64,000 nt of DNA from Octopus sinensis (GCF_006345805.1 NC_043003.1:59830001-59894000); one strand, 5' to 3'; counted from the first letter of the stretch, positions 1 to 14,693 are shown. Translations and numbers: made by a program. Notes: generated from the sequence alone by a model not told the origin.

Positions 1-625
1 GATTGACAAAATGAGAAGCAGATCAGTGCTGTGGAATATAATATCGTTTTTGAATTCATTATTAAGCGATTAATTAGCCGTATGTTTATGTGCCTCGAAA
101 AATATCACATTCAGTTTAAAGGCGTTAGGTTAGCACCCGCCTTCAGGCCTGTAAGGCTTTCGGGGGAGCGTTACATGAAGTGTATTAAATGCAGAGGCTG
201 TGAAAATTGTCGACTATAATTTGTACAAAACTATAGTCAATTAGACCTACTTAAGAACCGTATGACGATTCAATAACATGCTATACTAAATGAGCGTCTT
301 GAAGAATAAAAAAGACAAAAAAGAAAGGGGGAAAATAAGGCAAAGAATTCGCCATAGACCAATGCAGAGAAGGAAATAGCGGTAATTTAAAATTATTCGC
401 GCGGCGTTATTATGAGAAATCAGTTGCGTCTTGGAGCATATCTTCAAGAAACACCTGCCGGTCATCTTCACAGGATCTCAGTGCTAGAGACAACCACTTC
501 TGCGTTTATTTTACTGTGCAAGACTATCGGAGAACTGGCCACAGAAAAGTCACTAACTTTAAGACTCTGTGAGTGTGCTTATATATATATATGTATGTAT
601 ATCGTATGTGTGTGTATGTGTGTGT

Positions 626-673
626 AAAGAGACCAAAACGAGAGGGCGAAGAGATCGGACACTCTTCTGTTCA
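626..673 (-). repeat. Short repeat fragment, inverted copy of 1238-1287
   Basis: aaagagaccaaaacgagagggcgaagagatcggacactcttctgttca aligns with the reverse complement of tgaacagaagactgtccgatctctcgtattccctctcgtttttgtctttt (1238-1287), with a few mismatches and a small indel. Confidence 0.7.
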
Positions 674-690
674 ATGGTGTATATACATAA

Positions 691-727
<37 letters not shown>

Positions 728-1159
728 GTATGCATGAATGTATGTGTGTGTATTTAAGTTTGCATTTGCACATGTAGATTTATGAATATATATATATACG
801 TGTGCTTTTCTGAATTTCTGTGCATCAGCGTGCACGTGTAATATTCTGTATGCGTGCCTGTGAATATATTTCTTTTTGGGAAACAGTGAGAATCTGCACC
901 ACACATACACGTGTGTGTGTGTGTGTTTGTGTGTGCGTGTGTGCCCTATGTGCATATGTGCGCGAGCGGGTGCGCATTTACATATGCAGACGCATGTGTA
1001 TTGGCGGAGAAAATACAAAACTCCCTTTCACTTATAACCACTGACGAGTGCAGTTTTCGAGGTTACATACGTGCATATGTGTGTATACGTGTATTTCTAT
1101 ACATAAAAATGTATACACGAGACGAGATGTATGTGTTATCAACATGCTCATTGCGCAAC

Positions 1160-1287
1160 CATATGGCCACAGGGTTGATTTCACTGCGTGGCACCTTGGG
1201 CAAGTGTCTTTTGCTGTAGACTTTGGTCGACGGATACTGAACAGAAGACTGTCCGATCTCTCGTATTCCCTCTCGTTTTTGTCTTTT

Positions 1288-1290
<3 letters not shown>
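1160..1290 (+). mobile_element. Degenerate family-A SINE head fragment
   Basis: Contains cactgcgtggcaccttgggcaagtgtctt and gacggatactgaacagaag, matching the better-preserved family-A copies at 14178, 48258 and 50849. Confidence 0.75.
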
Positions 1291-1319
<29 letters not shown>

Positions 1320-1320
1320 C

Positions 1321-1371
<51 letters not shown>

Positions 1372-1601
1372 GAGAGAGAGAGAGAGAGAGAGAGAGATGG
1401 TGGTGGAATATTTTAATTACTGCTATACATAAAAATCTCAGCCCTTGAGTCACTTTTGTAACTATTCTCATATATATATATGCATAAATACACACACACA
1501 TACACACACACAAACACACACACACTCACACATGTGTGTTGCCTGAGGTAAGCGACTGTAATATCCGAGCCCTTCTCAATACATATGTTATATATATATA
1601 T

Positions 1602-1657
<56 letters not shown>

Positions 1658-2965
1658 CCCTGTTTGCATGTGTGTTGGTATGTAAATGCGTAGCGGAATA
1701 AAAATTGAGTAGTGAATATTATTTCTGTCTATTTACCCATCTACGTATTTAATAGGTCTTCACTTTGACAGTCATAATCAATTTATATAACGTATCAATC
1801 AAATCGATACTCCTGTATGAAAACTAGAAATACATTTTACGTTCTTCCATTTCGATAATTTTACGTTCCTTTTCCTTCATATATATACATACATATATAT
1901 ATATATATTATAGTGGTTTTGTATTTTTATACATATATTTTATCTGTTATTGCTGTGATTATTTTCGTTATTGATAATCAATTATCTGATTTATTTATAT
2001 AGCAGAAAGGGAGAAAAACTAGAGAAATAGATTTAAAGAGAAGGTGAGAGAATATGTATTATATATGAGGATAGATCATAAAGTTTGTGCGCGGATATTT
2101 ACGGAGAAAGGGTGGTAGAAAGAGTGGGAACGAGGGGGGGGTGAGAAAGAAAATGCGTAGAAATAAGACGGATATGTGCATCGGTGTATATATGTGGAAT
2201 TACTTGAGCGGGTGAATACGTGAGGAAGTTTCTCCCCACCTCTCTCTCTCTCTCTTTCAATCATTTTCGTTCTGTGTGTGTGATGATGTATCTTGTTAAA
2301 GATCCATTAGCAGAGAAAAATAAAATGTTCCTGAACATTGGAAATACACGCATTGCACTCCCCCCCCCACACACACACATAAAGAGTTAAGTAACGGTTA
2401 CTCGAAGTAATCAATAGCGTGATTGTGGCCGTAGAAAATTTTATGAATCTCTCTTTTATATTCGTGAGTTATCAAATACCAGACGGGAAATATTAGCGAC
2501 TATCAAGGGCAAGGGGAGATAATTTGAAATGAGGCATCTTACAAGGGAATATAGATGCTCAGGCAGAGGACAGTCAAAATTTTGCTCCCTTATCAGGGAC
2601 GAAAGGGACATACGTTTCACTCACTTTGACCAAACCAGCAACTTGCAGGTTAACCTTGCCTGTGGACGGGTTATTTAAACTTTTACAATTAGTAAACGAA
2701 GTAGATTTATTTTAACGAATGGTAATACTCCGAGTAAATAAGAATGAGAATTGCTTAGTGAAATAACTTAAGAAGTCAATTAATACCAGAATTTGTTTTT
2801 TATTACGTGAAATTATCTACTTTATTCCTTGAGATTGGCTTAAGTTACCGTTAGGCTTTTGTTCATATTCTCTAGCTGAGGAGGGAACTTAAATTAACTA
2901 AGTATTTATGGTGTACAACTTTCTGTACTTACCCTTTAGAACAATACACACATTATATATATATG

Positions 2966-3054
2966 ATCAAAATAAACACCTTATTTTGAAATTGTATGGA
3001 TAATACCGTACTAAATTCTGGTGCCTCAACTTAAGTACCATATTCATCTGAATC

Positions 3055-3057
<3 letters not shown>
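2966..3057 (+). mobile_element. Collapsed (hairpin-deleted) copy of the foldback element at 51675-52089
   Basis: 2986-3057 matches about 52017-52089 with 3 substitutions in ~72 bp. It is preceded by tcaaaataa-acacc-ttattttga, the outermost 9 bp of each arm of the long hairpin. (TA)n lies on both sides. Confidence 0.8.
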
Positions 3058-3111
<54 letters not shown>

Positions 3112-3419
3112 TGTAGGCATGCATGTGTGTATATATTTATACATGCATATATGTATATATGCATATATGCATATGATATATTATGATGTATGGTCTGTTT
3201 TTTGGTGCTGTGTGTGTAGAGAAGAGAATGATGGTTGTACTATGTAGATGATCTCTAAGAAAATGAGATCCAATAGATTTTTAGAATAAACTTTGTCCAT
3301 TCGCCGGTTCAAACCATTATCTAGAGACTAGACTTATAATTTCATTTTCAGACACTATATGCCATCATGCATACATACATACATACATACATACATACAT
3401 ACATACATACATACATACA

Positions 3420-3453
<34 letters not shown>

Positions 3454-4671
3454 CATACATACATACATACATACATACATACATACATACATACATAAAC
3501 ACACACATATATACAAATACATATATGCATATATATGCTATTATTAGATACATACGTATGTGTGTCCGTGTGTTTTTGCATTTGAATATTATGTGCGCAC
3601 GTTCGTGTGCAAATGTGTCTGCGTGTGTGTCTTTAAAATGGATTGCTGCCTGGCTGAAGACAGTGGGGCGCAGGGCAGAAAACCATAACAAAACAACTGG
3701 AGTTAGAGATGGCTCGCTGGCTCTGTATGACGTTGGTTGGTTGGTTGGTTGGCTGTCTGACTGGCCGGCTGGTTGGTTAGTTGGTTGGTTGGTTGGTTGG
3801 TTAGTTGGTCGGTTGGTTGGTTGGTTGGTTGGTTATGGATTGATGGTTGACCCACAGAAACAACACATTGGACTTTCCATGGATGAATAAAAGAATTAAT
3901 AGTTGAATGGAGATTGTCGTTCGGCGTGGATAGTTGAAGGTAAAGATGGTTTAGTTTAGCCTTAGCTCTGGCTTACTGCGTTAATGGCTTCGTGGTTTTG
4001 GTGGTTTGATTGGTTGGCTGTGTTATTTTGACGGACAAATAGATGCTAGGATACGATGTGTGTATGGATAGATGGAGTCCGTGTTAGTTGGATGAATGGC
4101 TGGATATTTGGATGGATAGGAGTATGCAAGCATATATGTATGGACAGATCTATATTTGTGTGTGTGTGCGTGTATGCATGCATAAATAACATATATACAT
4201 ACATGTGTGTTTGTGTGTGCATATATATATAGGTATATATATGTATTCATTTAGATATGCATTTATGTACATATGTTTCGTGTATGTATGTAGGAATCAT
4301 GTATATGTGTGTGTATGTATGTATGTATGTATGTATGTATGTATGTATGTATGTATGTATAGATGGACAGACAAATAGCAAGATGAAAGGATGGATGGAT
4401 GCTGACTGACAGATGGATAAATGTGGATAGACGTAATTGTAGATGAAATAAATGGCCACAAAGTTTGCAAACATTGTGGGCTGCATTTTTTTCGTATTTT
4501 TCCCCTTTTTTGTTATTGTTTTTAATTAGTAAACTAAACTCAACGTCACTGCTAATGTGTGTGTGTGGTGTAAAGAAATGACAATGGCGAAAAAAATAAA
4601 TACAAGTAAAAAAAAAAATGAAGGACAGAGTAGGAGAAAGAGACAGCAGAGAAGGGTGGGGATAAATAGCA

Positions 4672-4735
<64 letters not shown>

Positions 4736-4740
4736 TAATA
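3054..4740. repeat. Microsatellite cluster: (TA)n, (ACAT)n 3368-3498, (TTGG)n 3733-3835, (GTAT)n, (GT)n
   Basis: Directly visible simple repeats; they explain the YVCM, HTYI and VGWL ORFs. Confidence 0.95.
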
Positions 4741-4849
4741 AGTTAACGAGGGAGATAACAAGGCAATCAGTCTATCCATCTTAAAAGTTGTTTAAAATAG
4801 GAAGGTGCTGAAATGTGTGTATGGGGGTCTTGAGAGGCCAAAATGGAGT

Positions 4850-5160
4850 CGAATGAAATAAAGAAAAAGGAGATGGAGGAGGAAGGAGGTACAAAAGCCT
4901 GATAGGGTCCAATGGTGTGGAAAGCAGAGAAAAGAATCGTCGTCAGGTTTTTAGAAGAATAAGAAAAGAGCTGAAGGTGTGAGTAAGGAAAGGAGAGAGA
5001 AGTGGAGGAGAGAGAGAAGAGAAGAGAAGAAAAGAGAAGGGGGGGAGGTAAAAGAGAAAGAGAGGAGTGGGGAGAAAGGAGAGAGAGAGGGCAGGGGATA
5101 GAGAAGGAGAAAGTAACACGGGGAGGGGGAGATAGATAGGGGATGGAAGACCGGAGAGAA
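4850..5160 (+). repeat. Polypurine (GA-rich) tract
   Basis: About 300 bp almost entirely A/G on the plus strand; H-DNA-prone composition. Confidence 0.85.
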
Positions 5161-5537
5161 GTGCCATTGTGTCAAGAAAGCAAATGCGATTTAACAATAA
5201 CCATATCTACAACACCACCACCACCATCAACAACAACAACATCAGCAACAATAATTACTACTACTACTACTACTACTAGCCAATCAGGGAGCTTCTAACG
5301 GTGGTCGCCAATGGACCAGCTAGAATATCAGTAAAATGAAATGTCCCTGAAAATACCCACAATACTTCATCAAGTACATTTGTATAATATAACCTTAGAT
5401 AGACATTGCCTATCTCGGGCTTATATTATGTATGCATATGTCCGTCTTATTATCTCAAGCAAACGTAACGGTGCTAGTCGTAGTTCGATCAGAATCAGCT
5501 CGGTGTGTAAAAAAATATAAACAAATAAAGATATGAG

Positions 5538-5572
<35 letters not shown>

Positions 5573-7729
5573 GTACACGTCGTGTGTATTTTTTAATCTA
5601 ACTCAAACCCTGTCCCTCCCACCGCAAAACGTTCTGTTTCGTTCTCTTTTGTGTACCAGCGAAGGTTTTTCGCTGTGTTGTTTTAGCCACAGGTCAAACT
5701 CTGTTCATGTAGAGCTATCTATGATCGAATTTTCTCTCAACCTTTACCATTCCTCACGTCTGTTGTACTCGTTTCTCATCTTTCTTTCTACACTTCCATT
5801 ATCTAATGTATTGTCTCAATATTCAAGACACTACTGAGTTTCATTGCTTTCTATTTCACATCGGATGACCACACGGAAGCTGGTTTGTTATTGTTTAACT
5901 CCCAACCACTCGTTACGGCTCAACCTTGATTCAACAGACCTGTAATAATCAAAAACATTGTTGTGGCCAACGAAATTTTAAAATCAGGTTACATCTCCAA
6001 AAGGCTCATGGGAAATATCTGGTTTCTCCATTTGGCGATTATTGGTAGATATTTGTTATCATGAAAGATATATAAATTGGTATTATTGCAGCGTCTTATA
6101 CAGCTATATTAATAATATCTGGATGTCAGTGGCGATGAGGCGAACGAGAAGAGCGAACATAGAAGCTTTTATGCACCCCTTCTATCTGCTAGACACAACA
6201 GCTAAATCACATTCTCCTCTACGTTATCGTGATGGAATTGACGTATTAGAAAATGTATGCAAATAGTATATACAATCACCCTCTCGGGAATGCCTAAAGG
6301 AAATATTAAATGAAGGTAATTCAAATAAAATCAGGCGCCCAAAATTTTTGCATAATCGTGATGATAAGTTAGGGATGCATCTCGTCTTTAAACGTAACTA
6401 GTGAAAGCAGAGGGCATAGACGTTCATTAGTTCTGCTCAGTGAAGCTAGTACATACTAATGTGTTTATCACAGATGTAGAAAATGCGGAGTGATGCGGAT
6501 TATGGATATCAAAAATATGACAGAAGCAAATTAACTCGAGGAAGTTTCTAAATACTAAATGCCATGGCAGGGCCACACATATTTGTAGTATTGGAAATTG
6601 AAAAAGTAAAAAAAGAAAATATTCCATTTAACGGAGGTCATTCACGCAATTCAGTAGATTAAAAACTATGTGTAAAGATCAACCAATCAGAAACTAGTTA
6701 TTTCTGATTTTATGCATTTTATAAAATAGAGGGCGTGATTTGATGAAGCGGTTACATTTAGAATAATAAATAACTTGGTAGAGGGTCCTTCGTCAAGAAC
6801 AAATTAATATGAAGTTCTGTTGGACACGTAATAGTGGTAAATAATATTAATGTATGGGTTATTCTGTAATCAATCGGTGTTACTCGCGGTTTGATCCTCT
6901 TACGTTTGGCTCGCTATCGTTTAAAAGAAAGAACACATGGACGCCCTAAATGTATAAGCTTCGTTAGAACTTCGATGAGTCTGTGATAATCTTGAATGGG
7001 TCCCAGCAAATCACTTTTGATATACGTGTGCGCGGCCGCTAAACGCACATTTATCTACTTGTATAGATGTATAGATGGGTACATATATGTAAAAGTTCAA
7101 TTTTAGTTATACAATCAACGGGTAAGAGGAAATTCTGACTAACAGAAGGCCATCTAAAATAAATATTTACACTCTACTAAATACACTGCGTAGTTATTTC
7201 TCTCTCCCCCTCTCTCTCTCTTTCTCTCTCTCTCACACACACAGGTAAAAGAAAGAAACAGAATTCAGGAACGTTACATAAGCTATATAGTTAGGAGAGA
7301 AGTTTGCGACGTTTCGGAGAAAATCTTTCTTCCCCCTTAAATTATGTGAGCTTAGATAAAATGGCGAATATCAGGGAATGACAGTAAGTTAGTAGCTGCG
7401 TTTGACTGAGAACGAAGTGGCTAGAGAAAGAATAGTATTGGTAATGAAAGAAATTAAAAGAGAGGTAAGATAATTTGGGTGAGAATGAGGCGCAGAAAAA
7501 GTGATAAGGGAGGGATAAGACTAGAAAGATAACAGAAGGGATGAGCATTGATATGACTTGGTTTATGACATTAAGAGCAAACTTGACAGCCCAGGATTAG
7601 TAGTGGAAAATAAGATGTATGTTCTGAGGTTGGAGATGATGCGTAGCTCTTTGATTTCTGGGATCTAAAACACCGTGTTGGGTAGACTTGAGAAACAAGA
7701 ATGCATAAACGATATATCTGTGTATATAT

Positions 7730-7776
<47 letters not shown>

Positions 7777-7947
7777 CAGTTGAAATTTACAAAAAAGAAA
7801 GATGAAGACAGGTGTGTGAATAACAAGCAGGAGTATTAGTTTCACGCTCGGGAAAGATGAAAATGTCTTCTACGTTTCGAGCCTACGCTCTTCAACAGAA
7901 AGAAATAAGAGAAAATAAACAGAGAGAATACACACACACACACACAC

Positions 7948-7986
<39 letters not shown>

Positions 7987-8149
7987 TACACACACACACA
8001 CACACACATATATAAATACTCCATCCAGTAAAAGATACAAACCGAAAGAGCCACTAATAGTTTCATGCTTTTATGATACTTTAAATGAGCCATGTATCTC
8101 CAAGCAATCATTCAGGCTCTATATTTAGCTCTCTCGGTTGTGTATTAGA

Positions 8150-8188
<39 letters not shown>

Positions 8189-8532
8189 AGAGAGAGAGAG
8201 AACAGTTGATTATAAGTCAGAAAAAAGGACACTCTAAAAGAATTATTGCACAGTTATATTCTGTGTAATCTAGTTGAAGGCCCTTGGTTATACAACCAGA
8301 CTAAAACGGTTAGGAAGTTACCATTGGTTTCACGTCTGCTATCGCACTAGCCATATGCATATATATTTATTATCTCTCTCTCTCACACACTTTCTTTTTA
8401 CTTCTCTCAGTCTCTTCTTTCTCTTCTTTGTGAGTGTGTGTGCTAGATATATACATATAAATAGTAAGGGATTACCCCAAACGTTTACCGGTTCGCTCTC
8501 AGTTAGATATCCAAAATAGGTTACTAAAAATA

Positions 8533-8568
<36 letters not shown>

Positions 8569-9081
8569 TATAATTACATATAAATACATTAACATATACA
8601 TGTCTATATATATGTATTTTTATATACGTGTATGTATATATATATATATATTATATATATAATATATATAATATATCTACATGCACATGCATATGTGTAC
8701 GTGTCTTCATCAATGTTACTCCGTTCATTCTTATTCCAATTATACTCTTCTTAAGCTTTCATCCCTATTATATTTAGATCCGTTTTCCACCTTCCCTCCT
8801 CCCCTCGGTCCTCCTACTTCTACTTCCTCTCTCCCTCCAACACCTTTTCCGTCTATAAACCTCATTCACCCCCACCCCCCGCAAAAAAACCCTCTACGAC
8901 CACCACTACAAAATGTGAACTCCCATCTTCTCCCACTTCAATGCGCTTAGCACCAACCCATTATATTACCACTACGAGAAGCAACAACAACAACAACAAC
9001 AACTACAACTACTACTACTACTATTTGTTTCCTAGTTCATCACTTCACCCGTTCTCCTTTACTCTTCCTGCTTAAAGTAGT

Positions 9082-9181
9082 GTGGGTAATAGTTATGGTG
9101 GTTGTTGCGGTGGTAGTTCTAGTGATGTTGTCGATGATAGTGGTGACAGAGCCAGCGCTGGTGGTGGCAGTGAAGGCAGTA

Positions 9182-9224
<43 letters not shown>

Positions 9225-9736
9225 GGTGGTGGTGGTGCTGTTGGTGGTATTAGGAAAAAAACTTGCAATTATGATGACAATGGTATTGATAATAATCTGA
9301 AGATCTATCGCTGGATAGTAGTAGTAGTAGTAGTAGTAGTAGAAGTTGGTGTGTGTGTGGTTAATAGAAGCTGCGGTAGTGCAGCTAATAACCCTACCTA
9401 TTATACATACAATTGCAACAACAGAGCGCAAACACCGCCTTGCCATACCCAAAACTCTACACACACACACAAACACACACACATACACACACACTCTCAC
9501 ACGCGCACACACGCAACACACACAACACTATCGACACTACACAACACACACGCAGCACACTAGCACCGTACTACACCCCTTTCACGATTTCATTCTTCAC
9601 CTTCATCTACCTCCATCATTCTTTGCTCTCACCACCACCACCACCACCACCGCCACCACCACCACCACCACTACCACTACCACCCCGATAAGTAGTCTTC
9701 TTTTCATTATTATTATTATTATTATTATCCTTATTA

Positions 9737-9774
<38 letters not shown>

Positions 9775-10048
9775 GTTGTTGTTGTTATTAGAAGTCGTGG
9801 TAGTTAGTTCACGTGCATCAGTCTTGGGAAAGGCATGATTGTCACAACGTGATTATCTCCCTTCCTACACTTGCCTCTATTTTCTAAAAGCACAAGGGCA
9901 TTTCTGTATAGTCACACGAAAGATTATCATCGCCACCACCACCACCACCACCAACAACAACAAAAACTACTACTACTACTACTACTACTACTACCATCAC
10001 CCACTGCTGCTGACGTTAGTGTTGCTGCTGCTAACAATGACACACTCT

Positions 10049-10097
<49 letters not shown>

Positions 10098-10100
10098 ACA

Positions 10101-10157
<57 letters not shown>

Positions 10158-10160
10158 ACA

Positions 10161-10215
<55 letters not shown>

Positions 10216-10492
10216 TTGCTGCTTTTACTGCTGCTGTTGCTGCTGCTGCTAGCCTTTCCTTGCGCTGCTGAAGTTGCTGCTATTAACACAGCCGCCACCA
10301 ACACCATTAGCAGCACCACCCCCCCCACCTCACTCCTACCACCTCCTGCTACTAGTACTGCTACCGCTGCTGCTGCTGCTGCCACAATTGCTGCTGCTAT
10401 TGCTGCTGCTGCTACTGCTAATACCACCACCACCACCACCACCGCCATCACTATCAGCATCATCACCACCACCACCACTACCACCACACCAC

Positions 10493-10523
<31 letters not shown>

Positions 10524-10860
10524 ATACCACCACCACCCCACCATCACCTCTACCTCCTGCAATTACTCATTTGCTGGTTTTTCCACTCTGGAGGAGTTTC
10601 TTCATCATATGATGTTGACACTGTATCAATACTTTCCAGCATGAGAACGGTATAATTAGCCGTCTCACAGCCTAATAATTTCTCAGTGTGCTTCCGCCAT
10701 TTACATCTATCACCACCACCACCTCCTCCAACCAACCAACCAACCAACCAACCAACCAACCAACCAACCGACCGACCGACCAACCAACCAGCATAACCAC
10801 CACCACACCACCACCACCATCATCACCACCTCCTCCATCAACAACAACAACAAAAAACCG
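9082..10860. repeat. Compound trinucleotide block (GTA/GTG/CAC/TTA/CTA/CTG/CCG) with an exact 60-bp higher-order unit at 10081-10200 and (CCAA)n at ~10730-10790
   Basis: Lines 10081-10140 and 10141-10200 are identical. The poly-L, poly-T, poly-S and poly-P ORFs arise from these repeats. Confidence 0.9.
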
Positions 10861-11815
10861 ACAAGGACCGCCATCACCACCGCTCTACCAATATCAACCT
10901 CCGGATTGTACGTGCGTTAAACAGTGAGAAAATAACGCCAGGGTGATAATAAAGAAAAGAAAAAAAAGCAAGACAACACACCACACACACACACACACAC
11001 ACACACGCAAGAAAAAAAAAAAAAAAAATAAAATGAAGGCAAAATTATGTTCCCTTCTCTCCCCCTTCTTTTATTTCCCCCCGCCGTCTCCATCAGAGTG
11101 TTTGACGGACAGAGACGATGGAAGGGGGATCTTAGACAAGAGATTGGTAGGAAATAGGATTGAAGAATAATGAAAGAAAGCGAGAGAAAGAGAGAGAGAG
11201 AGAGAGAGAGGAGGAAGGAGTAGAGAGAGAGTAAGAGAGGTAGAAAGAGATAGCTAGAGGAAAAAGTTTCTAAATATCTAGCAAAGTGAAGGAGACGCTA
11301 ATATTCTCTTCCAATTTTCAATGTCTCAGGAAAAAAAAAAAAAAAAAAAAATAATAGTAACAATGGCGAAAAGAAAAAAAATAGCTAAAGAAATAAGGGA
11401 CAAAACAAACAAGCAAAAAAACCCCCGCAAACTCTTATCATCGTAATGTATTCGATTCGTTTTACCTAGTCCAAAGTTCTTTGTTTATACACGGTAGAGC
11501 GGCATTTGCAATATAAAATATATAGATACAAACACACACCGTATATACTTGCATACATACATACAACACACGCTCGCACACACATATTTTGTGTGTGTGT
11601 GTGTGTGGTGTGTGTAAGCATATGAGTATTGTTTGAAGAAATCATAGAAATTCAAGCGAACAGAACTGAACAACGGATGCTGGAGCAGAGAGCTAGGAAA
11701 AGCTTTCAAGTTAGTTTGTGCTTGTGTTTTTGCGGCTGCGGCGCGCGGTCGTAGTTTGAACAATATATATATATGCATACATACATACATATTTATATGT
11801 ATGTATATATGTTTT

Positions 11816-11855
<40 letters not shown>

Positions 11856-12256
11856 CGTGCGTGTAGAGGTTTGTGTGTATTTATATGTATATGCATATAT
11901 GCATATATGCATGTATATACGCACGTATATCGCAACATATTCGGAGGCTTTTATCACGAGAATGTAACTGAAATAATTTTTAAAGAGAAGAAATGACAAA
12001 AAAAAAAAAAAAAGATGGAATACAATAAAAAGCGTAGAGGGAAAGAGATACATCAAGGTAGAACGTTATAATATATATCGTTTTAGGGTCAACCCGCTGT
12101 ATTTATTTCCTCATACCTAAAGATATAAATGTGAGTATATGTACCACATTTGTACATATATCTGCATGTTTATATGTGTCTGTGCATGTATGTGTATGTT
12201 TGATATATATTTATACAGGATCACCTGTGTATGTATGTATATATGTATGTATGTTC

Positions 12257-12363
<107 letters not shown>

Positions 12364-12687
12364 CTGCGTACAGGGAAGGGCTAGCAAAAAGGGAGAAACA
12401 CGCGTAGCCGGAAAGACACACATACACACATACACACACACATACACACACACAAATACACGCAAACACACAAACATAAACACTAAGATATCAATGATGT
12501 GAAGTACAGGAAAATCAAACTAGGGGAAATATAAAGCAAAAAATATGATTAAATAGCAGAAAAATTCACACCTAGGAAAACGCAAACATACATATAGGTG
12601 TACAGGCATACACATGTACAATATGAATTTTATATATATCTAGATAGATATATAACGTTGTTTGTGTATGTATATATACAAGTGTGT

Positions 12688-12735
12688 ATATCTATCTATC
12701 TATCTATCTATCTATAGATGGATAGATAGACAGAC

Positions 12736-12822
<87 letters not shown>

Positions 12823-12830
12823 CAGACATA
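12688..12830. repeat. (TATC)n abutting (GATA)n, an inverted microsatellite junction
   Basis: tatctatctatctatctatctatcta is followed directly by tagatggatagatagacagacagatagata. Confidence 0.85.
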
Positions 12831-13343
12831 TAGATGTGTGTGTGAGGTAGAATGATTGTATTCAGTTGAAGGGAGGAAACACTGAAAAGTTTATTCAGAA
12901 AATTCTAATGCATCAACGAAGTTTAATTTGAAGGGAAAAGGAAAATATGAACAAAACAAAAAAAAAAAAAATCATAAAAAAAACACAAAAACAACGAAAG
13001 AAAAACTGATGAAATAATCAAAAAATACATGAAAATTTTTGAAAATGAAATAGTTTGTAAATATAGCGAGTATTAGATATATGTACTCGCGTGTTTGGAA
13101 GAATTTATAGAAATAGCTGAAGAAAGTTTTAGAAGGTTCCTTACTACATTGAATAATAAAGTTGTGAATTATAAAAATAGAGAATCATGTATGTGATATC
13201 GAAGTATATATTTATTCTTAGATGTGTCTTTGGTCTTTTCTTGCAAAACGGAATTTATAAATCATGGGGGAAGCTTTGTAAAGTCTGTATAGAATTTCTG
13301 TGAATATCAGAAATGCTGAATGCAAGCACAAAGCAGAGGATAC

Positions 13344-13405
<62 letters not shown>

Positions 13406-13487
13406 CAGTTTATTAACCACCGTTTGTGAAGGTGTATGCGTGAGCGAGTGTGTGCGTGTGTATACTCAAGTATAAGGAATATGTTTT

Positions 13488-13538
<51 letters not shown>

Positions 13539-13546
13539 GGAGATAG

Positions 13547-13633
<87 letters not shown>

Positions 13634-13636
13634 GCT

Positions 13637-13833
13637 GTCGGCAAGCTGGCAGAAACGTTAGCACGTCGGGCGAAATTTATTAACGTCTGTCGATACGTTC
13701 TGAGTTCAAATTCCGCCGAGGTCGACTTTGCCTTTCATCCTTTCGGGGTCGATTAAATAATCGACTTAACCAGTTTGTGTCTACTGGTTTGTCCCCTCTT
13801 TGTGTAGCCCCTTGTGAGCAGTAAAGGAATAAG
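13637..13833 (+). mobile_element. tRNA-derived SINE, family B
   Basis: gcaagctggcagaaacgttagcacg (A-box region), tgagttcaaattcc (B-box), then gaggtcgactttgcctttcatcctttcggggtcgat; many sibling copies in the window. Confidence 0.9.
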
Positions 13834-14122
13834 ATAGATAGACAGATAGACGTAAATACATAAATACATACATGCATACATACATAGAACTAAACGTGTG
13901 TGTGTGTCCGCGCGCGTTTATGAATGCGCAAATGTCAGTATATCTGCATCTCTACATACATCGGAAATCTGTTTAGGCGTGTGAGCGCAGGTGTGGATGT
14001 GTATGCGCATGTATGTGCATGTGTGCGCGCGCGTATATGAGACGGTACCAGAGCATGACGGCAGTCAAAAGGACTCAAACAAAAGATTACACACACACAC
14101 ACAGAGGAGCACACATAAACAC

Positions 14123-14177
<55 letters not shown>

Positions 14178-14180
<3 letters not shown>

Positions 14181-14355
14181 GCAGGTTATAGCAGTGTGGT
14201 AAGTAGTTTGCTTACCAGCCACATGGTTACAGGTTCAGTCCCACTGCGTGGCACCTGGGCAAGTGTCTTTACTATAGCCTTGGGCCGACCAAAGCTTTGT
14301 GAGTGGATTTGGTAGGCGGAAACTGAAAGAAGACCGCCGTATATATGTATATATG

Positions 14356-14411
<56 letters not shown>

Positions 14412-14628
14412 TTGTTTATGTGTCTGTGTTTGTACTCCCTAAATCGCTTGAGAACCGATGTTGATTTGTTTACGTCCCCGTAAACTAGCGGTTCAGCAAA
14501 AGAGACCGATGGAATAAGTACTAGACTTACAAAGAATAAGTCCTGGGGTCGATTTGTTTGATTAAAGGCAATGCTCCAGCATGGCAGCGGTCAAATGACT
14601 AAAACCAATAAAAAAAGACTCTAAAGAA
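14178..14628 (+). mobile_element. Full-length tRNA-derived CORE-like SINE, family A, with internal (TA)n(TG)n
   Basis: Head ggcgcagg...gtgtggtaagtag...ggttcagtccc, CORE-like cctgggcaagtgtctt, conserved tail agaataagtactag...gctccagcatggc. Resembles the octopus OK/OR-type SINEs from memory; exact family name not verified. Confidence 0.9.
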
Positions 14629-14635
14629 TAAATAA

Positions 14636-14693
<58 letters not shown>

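Noticed and set aside
6042-6266. 74-aa ORF faintly like an RTE reverse-transcriptase C-terminus
   Set aside because: Too few matching residues and a non-ATG start; not supportable.
9871-10644. 257-aa poly-L/T/A/P ORF and the overlapping 211-aa antisense ORF
   Set aside because: They are translations of compound trinucleotide microsatellites; all frames are equally low-complexity.
14178-14260. tRNA-like sequences at SINE heads
   Set aside because: They have A/B boxes but no complete cloverleaf and continue into SINE bodies, so they are not tRNA genes.
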